Shown here: piece by piece, positions 49,669-59,609 of the stretch | Position numbering within the stretch: the first letter of the stretch is position 1 | Layout: each line of letters starts with the position of its first letter | Assembly (NCBI GenBank): GCA_031459385.1 | Contig: JAVKIP010000002.1 | Span: forward strand, 32,355-96,354 | Length of the DNA: 64,000 nt | DNA from: Candidatus Fervidifonticultor secundus | GTDB taxonomy: Bacteria; Sysuimicrobiota; Sysuimicrobiia; Sysuimicrobiales; Humicultoraceae | Direction: 5' to 3' | Program-made: the position numbers and the translations under genes | The notes under the pieces: model-generated | What the model was told of the DNA's origin: nothing | Database searches by the model: none | Seen by the model: only the letters and a program-made list of their open reading frames with translations

Positions 49669-49809
49669 GCGGGGTGGGCGCACGCGCTAGCGCGGGACGG
49701 CGGCACGGCAAAGGAACCGCGTTCGACGTGGTGAAACGCGTGTACCGACGGCTCGAACGCGCCTGAGGCTGCTGAGGGAGGAGAGGAGATTATGCAGCGC
49801 GAGGAGACT

Positions 49810-50946
49810 ATGCAGCGCATCGTCAGACTGATCGTGGTGGCATTGGGCATCGCAGCCATCGTGGTGCCGGCGACGCGCACCTGGGCCCAGCCGGCCATCG
49901 AGGACCGGCTGGTGATCATCACACCCGTGGCGCGGACCGTGGCTGACCCCACCGTGGCCGCGTTTCGCGACTTCGCGCGGCGGCAGTTCAACGTCGACGT
50001 GCGGGTGACCGTGGTCTCGGCCGGGACCCCCGTGGCCTACGGGCGCATCCGCGAGTGGGGAGGCCGGCCGGAGGCCGACATCTTCTGGGGCGGCGAGCCC
50101 GCGCTGTTCGACGATCTGGCCGAGCGCAGGCTGCTGGCGCTCCTGGAGCTGCCCGAGGCCGTGTGGCGGGAGATCCCCGCCGCCATCGGCACGCCCAAGC
50201 AGGTCCTGCTCAAAGACCCCCGGGGCTTCTGGGTCGGGTGCTGCCTGACCCCCTACGGCCTCGTCTATCACCCGCGGCTGTTGAAGCGGCTGGGCGTGGA
50301 GGCGATCCGCGACTGGGATGACCTGCTGGACTGCCGGTTGAAGGGCCAGGTCGCGCAGGCGACGCCCGACCGCTCCAGTTCGAACCACGCCTCGTACGAG
50401 GTCATCCTGCAGATGCACGGCTGGCAGAAGGGCTGGGAGTGGGCCCAGCGTCTGGGCGCCAACACCGGCATCTTCGTGGCCCGCAGCCGCGACGTGCCGA
50501 CGGTCGTCGCCAAGGGCGAGTTCGCCGTGGGCTTTGCGGTACCGGCGTACATGGCGTTCGAGGACGTGCTGGACGGACACGACCTGAAGTACGTGCATCC
50601 CACGGCGGCGTTCGTGACGCCCGAGCCCCTGGCCATTCTGGCCGGGAGCCGCAGCCCCCGGGCGGCCCGCGCCTTCATCCAGTACGCGTTGAGTGACGAG
50701 GGGCAGCGCGTCATGATGGCGCGCGGCCAGTACGGGATCACGCCCAAGCACCGGATGGAGGGGCCGGCGGGCTCGCCGCTGGCGCGCATGGCCGAGTTCG
50801 CGGGCATCAAGTCGTTCTTCGACCGGCCCGTGCGCAACGTCTACGACGACAACGTGGCCCAGCAGCGCTACAGTCTGGTCAACGATACGTTCCGCAAGCT
50901 GATCGTGGAACGGCATGCCGAGCTCAAGCGGCTGTACTGCCCGTAA
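49810..50946 (+). CDS. ABC substrate-binding protein, Fe3+/AfuA/phosphonate-type
   Basis: Signal peptide, PEADIFWGG, WDDLL, P..SSS and AARAFIQYALS.EGQ. GAGGAG SD before ATG 49810 (alternative start 49792). Confidence 0.88.
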   Translation: MQRIVRLIVVALGIAAIVVPATRTWAQPAIEDRLVIITPVARTVADPTVAAFRDFARRQFNVDVRVTVVSAGTPVAYGRIREWGGRPEADIFWGGEPALFDDLAERRLLALLELPEAVWREIPAAIGTPKQVLLKDPRGFWVGCCLTPYGLVYHPRLLKRLGVEAIRDWDDLLDCRLKGQVAQATPDRSSSNHASYEVILQMHGWQKGWEWAQRLGANTGIFVARSRDVPTVVAKGEFAVGFAVPAYMAFEDVLDGHDLKYVHPTAAFVTPEPLAILAGSRSPRAARAFIQYALSDEGQRVMMARGQYGITPKHRMEGPAGSPLARMAEFAGIKSFFDRPVRNVYDDNVAQQRYSLVNDTFRKLIVERHAELKRLYCP

Positions 50947-51015
50947 CCGCAGCGCCCGGCACGGGCCGCCGGGCCTGCCGTCGATGGAGGCACCGGGGGT
51001 GTCCGGGACGTCAGC

Positions 51016-52098
51016 ATGCAGGTTCGCCTGACCGACGTCGTGAAGCGCTTCGGCCCCGTGGAGGCCATGGCGGGCGTCTCCGTGACCATCGCCGACGGCG
51101 AGTTCTTCACGCTGCTGGGGCCCTCAGGCTGCGGCAAGACCACCACGCTGCGGGTGATCGCGGGGTTCTACGACCCGGATGCCGGCACCGTGCACTTCGA
51201 CGACGTGCTGATGAATGGCGTCCCGCCGGCCGAGCGCGGCATTGGCATCGTCTTCCAGAACTACGCGCTCTGGCCGCACATGACCGTGTACGAGAACGTC
51301 GCCTATGGCCTGCGCCTCAAACGCATCCCACCCGACGAGATCCGCCGCCGGGTCGTCGCGACCCTGGAGCAGGTCGGCCTCCAGGGGTTGGGCGACCGGT
51401 CCCCGGGCCAGCTCTCCGGCGGGCAGCAGCAGCGCGTGGCCGTGGCGCGGGCGCTGGTGCTGAACCCCCGGGTGCTCCTGCTCGACGAGCCGCTCTCGAA
51501 CCTCGACGCGAAGGTGCGCGCGCGGCTGCGCAGCGAGATCCGCCGCCTCCAGCAGGACCTGCGGATCACGACGGTCTACGTCACGCACGACCAGGAGGAA
51601 GCCATGGTCCTCTCCGACCGCATCGCGGTCATGGAGGCGGGCAGGATCCTTCAGATCGGGTCGCCGGTGGACCTCTACGAGCGGCCCGCCAGCCTGTTCG
51701 TGGCCGACTTCATCGGCACCAACAATCTCATTCCCGGCACCGTGGTAGCGTCCCGCGACGGCCAGACCGAACTGGAGACGCCGGCCGGTCTCCTGCGGGG
51801 GGTCGCAGGCCGGCCGCTCCCGCCCGGAAGCCGCGCCGTGGTGGCGGTGCGGCCCGAACACCTCGTCCTGCAGAGTGACGCCACGGGGCCCCTGGACGTC
51901 ACGCTCCGGGGCCGGGTGGTCCTCTCGCAGTACCTGGGCAACGTCGTCCGCTACGAACTGGAGGCCGGCGGCGGCGTCGTGCTGCTGGTGGACGTCCACG
52001 ACCCCCGTCGGCACCGGCTCCTGGCACCCGGCGCCGAGGTCACCGTGGGGTTCGCGGCCACCTCGGCGCTGGTCTTCCCCGAGGACCGGCGGTCGTGA
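51016..52098 (+). CDS. ABC ATPase (FbpC/AfuC/PotA-type) with TOBE domain
   Basis: GPSGCGKTT, VFQNYALWPHM, LSGGQQQR and YVTHDQEEA. Confidence 0.93.
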   Translation: MQVRLTDVVKRFGPVEAMAGVSVTIADGEFFTLLGPSGCGKTTTLRVIAGFYDPDAGTVHFDDVLMNGVPPAERGIGIVFQNYALWPHMTVYENVAYGLRLKRIPPDEIRRRVVATLEQVGLQGLGDRSPGQLSGGQQQRVAVARALVLNPRVLLLDEPLSNLDAKVRARLRSEIRRLQQDLRITTVYVTHDQEEAMVLSDRIAVMEAGRILQIGSPVDLYERPASLFVADFIGTNNLIPGTVVASRDGQTELETPAGLLRGVAGRPLPPGSRAVVAVRPEHLVLQSDATGPLDVTLRGRVVLSQYLGNVVRYELEAGGGVVLLVDVHDPRRHRLLAPGAEVTVGFAATSALVFPEDRRS

Positions 52099-53819
52099 CG
52101 CCGCCCGCGGTGGAAGCGGCACCCCTCCCCGCCGTCGCACGGCGATGGCGCGTGCCCGGCGTGGCGTGGGTCGTGCCGATCTATGCCTTCCTGTTCCTGT
52201 TCATCGTGTTCCCGCTGTGGCGCCTGTTCGCCGACGCCGTCTCCACCGACGAGGGGCAGTGGACGGTCCGGTTCCTGGTGGCCTTCGCCCGCGACGCCTT
52301 CTACCAGCGCGCACTGGCCAACTCCGTCGTGGTGGCTGCGGGCACCGTCGTCGGGTGCGCCCTGATCGGGTTCCTGGCCGCGTTCCTCCTGGTCCGGTAC
52401 GACTTCCCCGGCCGCGCGCTGTTCTCCTACCTGACCATGCTGCCCATTATCATGCCGCCGCTGGTGGGCATCATGGGCTTGGTCTTCATCCTGGGGCGGG
52501 CCGGCACGGTCAACGTGCTGCTCATGGACTACCTGGGGCTGCGGCAACCCGTCAACTTCATCTACGGCTGGCACGGGGTCCTGCTGGCCATGATCCTGCA
52601 CTACTTCCCCCTGATCACGCTCAACGTGGTCGATGGCCTGAGCAAAGTCGACGCCTCGATCGAGGAAGCGGCCGAAGCCGCGGGCGCCCGCGGGCTGCGC
52701 AAGATCGTCGACATCACCCTCCCGCTGGTCACCCCGGGGTTCATCTCGGGCGCCACGCTGGTCTTCATCTTGGCGTTTGCCGACTTCGCGACGCCGCTGG
52801 TGGTGGGCGTGCAGAACCTAATCGCCTCCCAAGCCTACCTGAACATCGTCCAGTTCATCGACCGGCGACTGTTCAAGATGGGCATCGTCATCGGCGCGCT
52901 GATGGGGGCCATGGCCATCGTCTTCCTCGTCGTGGCCCGGCGCGTGGTGGCCATGCGGGAGTACGCCATGGTGTCCTACCGCGCCGTCGAGCGCCGGACG
53001 CTGCGCGGTGGCTGGCGGTTCGCGGTGCCGGCGTTCTTCACCGCGGTGCTGACCCTGGCGTTCCTCCCGTACCTGGGCGTGGCGCTGGCGGCGTTCGGCC
53101 GCGCCTGGTCGCTGACGCCGTTCCCCACGCGCTTCACCCTGGCCCACCTCGACGCGGTGCTGCACCTGACGCCGATCTACGTCATCAATACTCTGCGGTG
53201 GAGCGCCCTGGCCGTGGTGATCATCCTGGCGGTGGGGGTACCGCTGGGGTGGGTGCTGGCCCGGAGCACGGTGCCCGGGCGGGGGCTGATGGACGCCATC
53301 GTCACGCTGGTCCTGGCGCTGCCGGGCACCGCCATCGGCATCGCCTACATCCGCGCCTTCCACTTCCCGCTGCCGCTGGTCGGGCTGGTCCTGAGCCGGC
53401 TGTGGATCATCATGCCGCTGGTGCTGGCCGTGCGCCGCATGCCCTACACGGTGCGGGCGACCTTCGCGGCCCTGCTGAACCTGCACCGCGCCATGGAGGA
53501 AGCCGCGGCGAGCGTGGGCGCCTCAGGGCTACGCACCTTCTTCGACGTCACCCTGCCCCTGATCTGGCGCGGCGTGCTGGCCGGCGCGCTCTTCTCCCTG
53601 ATGTTCGCCCTGCAGGAGGCTGCCGCGACGATCCTGCTGTTCCTGCCGGGCTGGGAGACGATGACGGTCGGGATCTTCACCTTCTATACGTCGGGCACGA
53701 TCGGGCAGGCCGCCGCCCTGGGCTTCGTGCTGATCCTGCTCTGCGCGGTCACGCTGTATGCCGTCTACCGGCTGACGGGCGCGCGCATGGGCGGGCTCTT
53801 CGGCGCGGGCGGCGGCTGA
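52095..53819 (+). CDS. ABC permease with duplicated TM domains (FbpB/AfuB-type)
   Basis: Two EAA loops (IEEAAEAAGA and MEEAAASVGA) and DFATP. Confidence 0.92.
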   Translation: MTPPAVEAAPLPAVARRWRVPGVAWVVPIYAFLFLFIVFPLWRLFADAVSTDEGQWTVRFLVAFARDAFYQRALANSVVVAAGTVVGCALIGFLAAFLLVRYDFPGRALFSYLTMLPIIMPPLVGIMGLVFILGRAGTVNVLLMDYLGLRQPVNFIYGWHGVLLAMILHYFPLITLNVVDGLSKVDASIEEAAEAAGARGLRKIVDITLPLVTPGFISGATLVFILAFADFATPLVVGVQNLIASQAYLNIVQFIDRRLFKMGIVIGALMGAMAIVFLVVARRVVAMREYAMVSYRAVERRTLRGGWRFAVPAFFTAVLTLAFLPYLGVALAAFGRAWSLTPFPTRFTLAHLDAVLHLTPIYVINTLRWSALAVVIILAVGVPLGWVLARSTVPGRGLMDAIVTLVLALPGTAIGIAYIRAFHFPLPLVGLVLSRLWIIMPLVLAVRRMPYTVRATFAALLNLHRAMEEAAASVGASGLRTFFDVTLPLIWRGVLAGALFSLMFALQEAAATILLFLPGWETMTVGIFTFYTSGTIGQAAALGFVLILLCAVTLYAVYRLTGARMGGLFGAGGG

Positions 53820-53820
53820 G

Positions 53821-54630
53821 ATGCCCCATCCGCGGCCACGGCCGACGCGGCTGTACGCCGGGTACGCGTTCGATCTCGACGGCACCATCTACCTGGGCGA
53901 TGCGGCACTGCCGGGCGCGGCGCCCACGGTGGCCGCGCTGCGACAGGCCGGGGCCCGTGTCGTCTTCCTCTCGAACAACCCGTTGCGTACGCGCCAGGAG
54001 TATGCGGCCAAGCTCACCGCGCTGGGGATCCCCGCGACCGCCGACGACGTGATCAACTCGTCGTACGTCCTGGTGCGCCACCTGGCGGCGACGGCGCCCG
54101 GCGCAGCGCTGCTCGTCATCGGCGAGGAGTCGGTGAAGGCGGAACTCCGGGCGGCGGGCTTCGTCCTCACCGAGGCCCCCAGCCAGGTGGACTATGTCGT
54201 GGCGTGCTTCGACCGAACCTTCGACTACCGGAAGCTCAAGCTCGGCTTCGACGCCCTGCGGGCCGGGGCGCGCTTCATCGCCACCAACCGCGACCCGTAC
54301 TGCCCGACGCCCGACGGTGGCCTGCCCGACTGCGGAGCGATCATCGCGGCGCTGGAAGCCAGCAGCGGGCGCCGGGTGGAGACCGTGGTGGGCAAACCGT
54401 CGCCCATCACGGGACGGATGCTGCTCGAGCGGCTCGGCACCGCGCCCGCGCAGTCGCTGGTGGTGGGCGACCGGCTCGAGACCGACATTGCGCTGGGCGT
54501 GGCCACGGGCATGGCCACGGCCCTCGTGCTCACCGGCGTGACGACGCGCGAGGCAGCCCTCGCAGCGCAGCCGCGGCCCGACTACATCCTCGAGGGCATC
54601 GCCCAGGTGCTGCCGGAGTCCGACGGGTGA
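53821..54630 (+). CDS. HAD-IIA phosphatase (NagD/AraL-like)
   Basis: FDLDGT, LSNN, ATNRD, GKP, VGDRLETDI and VLTG. Confidence 0.93.
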   Translation: MPHPRPRPTRLYAGYAFDLDGTIYLGDAALPGAAPTVAALRQAGARVVFLSNNPLRTRQEYAAKLTALGIPATADDVINSSYVLVRHLAATAPGAALLVIGEESVKAELRAAGFVLTEAPSQVDYVVACFDRTFDYRKLKLGFDALRAGARFIATNRDPYCPTPDGGLPDCGAIIAALEASSGRRVETVVGKPSPITGRMLLERLGTAPAQSLVVGDRLETDIALGVATGMATALVLTGVTTREAALAAQPRPDYILEGIAQVLPESDG

Positions 54631-55364
54631 GCCGGCCACAGGTGATCGCGCACCGGGGCGCCTCGGCGCAGGCGCCGGAGAACACGCTGGCCGCGTTCCG
54701 GCGCGCGCTCGACCTGGGCGTGGACGCGGTCGAGTTCGACGTGCACCTGTCGGCCGACGGCGAACCGGTGGTGCTGCACGACCCGGTGGTGGACCGCACC
54801 ACCGACGGCCAGGGGCTGGTGCGGGACCTGCCGCTGGCCGTGCTGCGGCGCCTGGACGCCGGCCGGTGGTTCGGGGAAGCGTTCGCGGGCGAGCGCATTC
54901 CCACCCTGGCCGAGGCGCTGGACCTGCTGCGTGGCGTGCGGGCGATCGTGGAGATCAAGAACGGGCCCGTGGCCTACCCCGGGATCGCCGCGCGGGCGGT
55001 AGCCGTGGCACGCGCGGTCGGACATCCTGCGGTTACGTTCTCGTCGTTCGACCATCCGGTGCTGCTCGAGGTGCGGCGCGCCGACCCCACCGCCGACACC
55101 GCTGCGCTGTTCATGGGCAGGCCGGTCGACCCCGGCGCGCTGGCTGCCGCGGCAGCGGCCTGCCGGCTGCACGCCCACTGGGCGTGGGTGACGCCCGAGT
55201 TCGTGCGCGAGGCCCACGCGGCGGGCCTGACGGTGGAGGTCTGGACGGTCGACGAGCCGGCGGCGATCGCACACGTGCTCCCGCTGGGGGTGGACGGCAT
55301 CATGAGCAACTACCCCGACCGGCTCCAGGCTGTCCTTGCCGGTCGCGAGGCGGCCGGAGGCTGA
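54627..55364 (+). CDS. Glycerophosphodiester phosphodiesterase
   Basis: IAHRGAS..PENT, EFDV..S.DG.PV.HD..DRTT, EIK and WTVD. Confidence 0.94.
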   Translation: MSRPQVIAHRGASAQAPENTLAAFRRALDLGVDAVEFDVHLSADGEPVVLHDPVVDRTTDGQGLVRDLPLAVLRRLDAGRWFGEAFAGERIPTLAEALDLLRGVRAIVEIKNGPVAYPGIAARAVAVARAVGHPAVTFSSFDHPVLLEVRRADPTADTAALFMGRPVDPGALAAAAAACRLHAHWAWVTPEFVREAHAAGLTVEVWTVDEPAAIAHVLPLGVDGIMSNYPDRLQAVLAGREAAGG

Positions 55365-55371
55365 GACGGGC

Positions 55372-57036
55372 TCAGGGCGACGCCGCCTGCGCGGGCGGCA
55401 CCGCCGCCAGGGCTGCGTCGTCGCGGCGGCGGAGCGCCCGGTAGGCGTCCAGCTGGCGCGCGGTTTCCGCGTCGTCCCATCCCAGCACCCGCGCCATCAG
55501 CCGTGCCGCGCAGACGGCCGCCGCATCGGCAGCGCGCGCGTCGAGGACCGCCAGGCGCGTGCGCAGGTAGAGGCAGTCGGCCAGCGCCACGGCCTGCTCG
55601 GCCCGGCAGGCGTAGACGATCTCGGCGGCGACGTGCGGAAGGCCCTGCGCGAGCGGCGCGGCCAGCGACGGATCGTCGCGCACGAGCGCCGCGACCTCGC
55701 TGGCCAGGCTGCCGTAGGTCTCCAGGAGGTGCGCCCGCTGCTCGGGCGGCAGCCTGACCGCCTCGAGCGCCGCCCGCGCGTTGTCGAGCCCGGCGGCGCC
55801 AGCCAGGGGCAACGCGGCGGTCCGGCAGGGGCGCGCGGTGCCCTCACGCGCGGCGACCACGTTCACGGTGTCCTCGGCCATCTTGCGGTAGGTCGTCAAC
55901 TTGCCGCCGGTCACGGTCACCAGGCCACCGGGCGAGGTCACGACCAGGTGGTCGCGCGAGAGGGCGGCGGTCGAGCCGCCTGCGGTCGCGATCAAGGGCC
56001 GCACACCCGCGTAGGTCGCGGTGATGTCCACGGGCCGCAGCGGCCGCACCAGGTAGCGATTGGCGTGATCCAGCAGGTAGGCCACGTCGGCCGCCGTTGC
56101 CACCGGCGCCTCCAGGTCTCCGTCGTAGGGTTCGTCGGTCGTGCCCAGCACGAACCGTCCGCCCCAGGGCACGAGGAACGCCAGCCGTCCGTCGTCGGTC
56201 TCGGGGATCACGATGGCCGCGGTTGCCGCCACGGCCTGCGGGCGGAGCACCAGGTGCACGCCCTTGCTGTGGCGGATCCGGAACGACGGCGGGCCGTCCA
56301 GGGCGGCCACGCGCTCGGCCCAGATCCCCGTGGCGTTGACCACCGCCCGCGCCGGCACTTCGATCGTGCGGCCCGTGAGCCGGTCGAGCACCGCCGCGCC
56401 CCGGACCGCGGCGCCCTGCCGCAGCAGCGCGGTGACCTCGGCGTAGTTGACCGTGGTCGCTCCGTGCGCGCGGGCCGTCGCCAGCACCGCATGGGTCAGG
56501 CGCACGTCGTCCGTGCGGGCGTCGTAGTAGAGCAGCGCCGACCGCAGGCCCGCAGTGCGCAGGTCCGGTGCCAGCCGGCTCAGGTCGTCGCCCGAGAGGC
56601 GCCGGTGACGGAACGCGGGTGCGCGCGCGAACAGGTCATAAACGGTCAGACCGACCCGCACGCCCAGCGGCGCAAGCGGGCGCGCCAGGGCCGGCAGCCG
56701 CACGCCCAGCGGCCGACGGGCGCCAGCGTACAGGGGTACGACAAATGCCAGCGGGTGGACCAGGTGCGGGGCCAGGCGGAGCAGCCGCCCGCGTTCCCGG
56801 AGCGCGTCGCGCACGAGGCGGAGGTGCCCCTGGGGCAGGTAGCGGATGCCGCCGTGCACCAGCCGCGTGGACCGGCTGCTGGTACCGGCGGCGAAGTCCG
56901 CGCGCTCCACCAGGCCGACGCGGTAGCGGCGCGTGGCCGCGTCCAGCGCCACGCCCGCCCCCGTGATGCCCCCGCCGATGACGAGGAGATCCACGCCACC
57001 CGCCAGCACCCGGAACGCGTCATCGCGCGAGACCAT
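55372..57036 (-). CDS. glpD: FAD-dependent glycerol-3-phosphate dehydrogenase
   Basis: IGGGITG, DFAAGTSSRST.LVHGGIRYL, VNATG.W, GTTD and GGKLTTYR.MAE. GGAGG SD. Confidence 0.93.
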   Translation of the reverse strand: MVSRDDAFRVLAGGVDLLVIGGGITGAGVALDAATRRYRVGLVERADFAAGTSSRSTRLVHGGIRYLPQGHLRLVRDALRERGRLLRLAPHLVHPLAFVVPLYAGARRPLGVRLPALARPLAPLGVRVGLTVYDLFARAPAFRHRRLSGDDLSRLAPDLRTAGLRSALLYYDARTDDVRLTHAVLATARAHGATTVNYAEVTALLRQGAAVRGAAVLDRLTGRTIEVPARAVVNATGIWAERVAALDGPPSFRIRHSKGVHLVLRPQAVAATAAIVIPETDDGRLAFLVPWGGRFVLGTTDEPYDGDLEAPVATAADVAYLLDHANRYLVRPLRPVDITATYAGVRPLIATAGGSTAALSRDHLVVTSPGGLVTVTGGKLTTYRKMAEDTVNVVAAREGTARPCRTAALPLAGAAGLDNARAALEAVRLPPEQRAHLLETYGSLASEVAALVRDDPSLAAPLAQGLPHVAAEIVYACRAEQAVALADCLYLRTRLAVLDARAADAAAVCAARLMARVLGWDDAETARQLDAYRALRRRDDAALAAVPPAQAASP

Positions 57037-57187
57037 CACGATGCCTCCGCGTGTAGCGTAGCACGAGGATGCAGAGGAGCCCATCCGGCGCGTGCTGTAT
57101 CCCCCGGTCCGTGCCGTCACCCCGCGCCGCGCGCCGCACCCCGCCCGGCGCGGGGAGCCGCGGCCCGGCGCGGCTCGCGCGGCGCGG

Positions 57188-57216
57188 TTGCTGCGGGGGG
57201 TGCCGTCTGCTATCCT
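57188..57216 (+). promoter_or_regulatory. Putative sigma70 promoter for ispH-der
   Basis: TTGCTG-N17-TATCCT with extended -10 TG. Confidence 0.55.
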
Positions 57217-57247
57217 GCGGACGACGGCCCGCGCAGGGAGGCACCGC

Positions 57248-58120
57248 GTGGAGATCGTGCTCGCCAGGCACCAGGGGTTCTGTGGCGGCGTCCGCCGGGC
57301 GGTGGAGATGTCCGAGGCCGCCGCGCATGAGAGCGGTGGCAAGGCCCAGACGTGGGGGCCGCTCATCCACAACCCGCAGGTGGTGGGCAGGCTCGAGGCC
57401 GCAGGCCTGGCGGTCGTCGAGGATCTGCACGACCTGGGCGGGGAGGCGTTCGTCGTCTCCGCCTACGGCGTGGAGCACGCCGTGCTGGACGCAGCCCGCG
57501 CGCGCGGCATGCGGATCGTGGACGCCACCTGCCCGGTGGTGATCCGCGCGCACTCGCTGGCCCACCGGCTGGTCGAGGAAGGCTACCAGGTCATCGTCGT
57601 CGGCGATCACGGGCACCCCGAGATGGTTACCCTGAAAGAGGTACTGGGCGAGAAGGTCACGGTCGTCCACACCCTCGAGGAGGCCCGGCGGGTCAAGCTG
57701 CGCGGAAAGATCGGCGTCATGTCGCAGACCACCCAGTCCATGGACAACTTCCGCGCCATCGTCGGCGACCTGGCCCTGCGGACCAAGGAACTGAAGGTGC
57801 TCAACACGCTCTGCCCGGCCATCACCGTGCGGCAGGAAGAGGCCGAGCGGCTGGTGGAGCAGGTAGATGCGCTGGTCGTCGTGGGCGGGCACCACAGCAG
57901 CAACACGACCCGCCTGGCCGAGATCGGACGCGCGCGGGGCCTGCCGACGTTCCACGTCGAGATCGCCGACGAGCTCGACCCGGCATGGGTACAGGGCCGG
58001 CGCCGGGTGGGCGTCATGTCCGGCGCGTCCACACCCGAGTGGATCATCGCCGAGGTGGTCCGCCGCCTCGAGGAGATCGGGGCGGAGCGCGAGGAGGCGG
58101 CTGCGTTGCCGGCTCCGTGA
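57248..58120 (+). CDS. ispH: 4-hydroxy-3-methylbut-2-enyl diphosphate reductase
   Basis: GFCGGV.RA, IHN, DATCP, HPE, QTT, NTLC, SSN and GASTP; three Fe-S cysteines. Confidence 0.96.
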   Translation: MEIVLARHQGFCGGVRRAVEMSEAAAHESGGKAQTWGPLIHNPQVVGRLEAAGLAVVEDLHDLGGEAFVVSAYGVEHAVLDAARARGMRIVDATCPVVIRAHSLAHRLVEEGYQVIVVGDHGHPEMVTLKEVLGEKVTVVHTLEEARRVKLRGKIGVMSQTTQSMDNFRAIVGDLALRTKELKVLNTLCPAITVRQEEAERLVEQVDALVVVGGHHSSNTTRLAEIGRARGLPTFHVEIADELDPAWVQGRRRVGVMSGASTPEWIIAEVVRRLEEIGAEREEAAALPAP

Positions 58121-59460
58121 GTCCCCGCGCCGGGTTGCCGGTCGTCGCCATCGTCGGCCGGCCGAACGTCGGGAAGTCTGCACTGTTCAACCGCCTGATC
58201 GGCCGGCGCGTCGCCATCGTCGAGGACGTCCCGGGGGTCACGCGCGACCGCCTCTATGCCGAGGCCGAGTGGCGCGGCCGGCGTTTCGTCGTGGTGGACA
58301 CCGGCGGCCTCGTCTCGGACGCCGCGACCGGCCTGCCCGGCCAGGTCCGTGCCCAGGCCACCCAGGCCGCGGCGGAAGCCGACGTCATCCTCCTGGTCGT
58401 GGACGCCCGCAGTGGCATCGTGCCCGAAGACCGCGCCGTCGCCGATGTCGTGCGCCGTGCGCGCGCCCCGGTGCTGGTCGTGGCCAACAAACTCGACGAC
58501 CCCGCCAGCGAGCCCGCGGCAGCGGAGTTCTTTGCGCTGGGCTTCGGCGATCCGCTGCCGGCCTCGGCTCTGCACGGCCGCGGCATGGGCGACCTGCTGG
58601 ACGCGGTCGTGGCGCTGCTGCCCGCCGGAGCGCCTGCCGATGTTGCCGCCGCGGACGCCGCGCCGGCCGTCGCCATCGTCGGGCGGCCGAACGTCGGCAA
58701 GTCGTCGCTGGTGAACGCCATCCTGGGCGAGGAGCGCGTGGTCGTGGACGCCGCCCCAGGCACCACGCGCGACGCCGTGGACACCGTGCTGGAACGCGGC
58801 GGCCGGCGTTTCGTGCTGATCGACACGGCGGGGCTCCGGCGCCCGTCGCGGGTGCGCGAGACCATCGAGGCGTCCAGCGCTGCCCGCACGCGGCGCGCCA
58901 TCGAACGCGCCGAGGTGGTCGTGCTGGTGCTGGACGCTTCCGACCCCGTCACCGACCAGGACCAGCACATCGCGCGGCAGGCCACCGACGCGGGCTGCGG
59001 CCTCGTCATCGCCCTCAACAAGTGGGACCTCGTGGCGTCCACGCCACGGCGCGACCCGCGTCGCGAGCGCGTGGTGCGCCACGCGCTGCGGTTCGTGGCG
59101 TACGCGCCGCTGGTGGTCACGTCGGCCGTGCGGGGGTGGGGGATCGAGGCGCTGCTGGAGACAATTGCGCAGGTCGCCGCGGCGCACCGCGCCCGTATCT
59201 CCACGGGCGTGCTCAACCGCATCGTGGGCGAGGCGGTCCAGCGGAACCAGCCGCCCGCCGACGCCGCCGGACGCCGGCTGCGCATCTACTACGCCACCCA
59301 GCCCGAATCCGCGCCGCCGCGCATCGTGCTCTTCGTCAACGACCCGCAGCGGATGCCCGAGGCCTACCAGCGCTACCTCGAGCGCGCGGTGCGCGAAGCC
59401 CACCCGCTGCCCGGTGTGCCCCTGCGCTTCGTGCTGCGGCGCCGCGGGGAGACGGCGTGA
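58117..59460 (+). CDS. der: Ribosome biogenesis GTPase Der (EngA)
   Basis: Tandem GRPNVGKS G-domains, GVTRD/GTTRD, NKxD and a KH-like tail. Confidence 0.96.
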   Translation: MSPRAGLPVVAIVGRPNVGKSALFNRLIGRRVAIVEDVPGVTRDRLYAEAEWRGRRFVVVDTGGLVSDAATGLPGQVRAQATQAAAEADVILLVVDARSGIVPEDRAVADVVRRARAPVLVVANKLDDPASEPAAAEFFALGFGDPLPASALHGRGMGDLLDAVVALLPAGAPADVAAADAAPAVAIVGRPNVGKSSLVNAILGEERVVVDAAPGTTRDAVDTVLERGGRRFVLIDTAGLRRPSRVRETIEASSAARTRRAIERAEVVVLVLDASDPVTDQDQHIARQATDAGCGLVIALNKWDLVASTPRRDPRRERVVRHALRFVAYAPLVVTSAVRGWGIEALLETIAQVAAAHRARISTGVLNRIVGEAVQRNQPPADAAGRRLRIYYATQPESAPPRIVLFVNDPQRMPEAYQRYLERAVREAHPLPGVPLRFVLRRRGETA

Positions 59461-59609
59461 TCGCCCTGCCGGCGACCCGTGGCGTCGCCGCGGCGTCCGG
59501 GTTGCTGGCGGCCCAGGCGGCTGCCGTGGCGAGGAACTCCGCCTCGACTGGCGAAGGGGGCGGCGCTGAGACCGTGGTGGCTTCGTCGGTCGAGGCGTGA
59601 GCGTTCGTC

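Noticed and set aside
59457..59600. 47-codon ORF (GTG overlapping the der stop) between der and fpg
   Set aside because: Low-complexity Ala-rich sequence with no recognisable motif; it cannot be supported as a gene.
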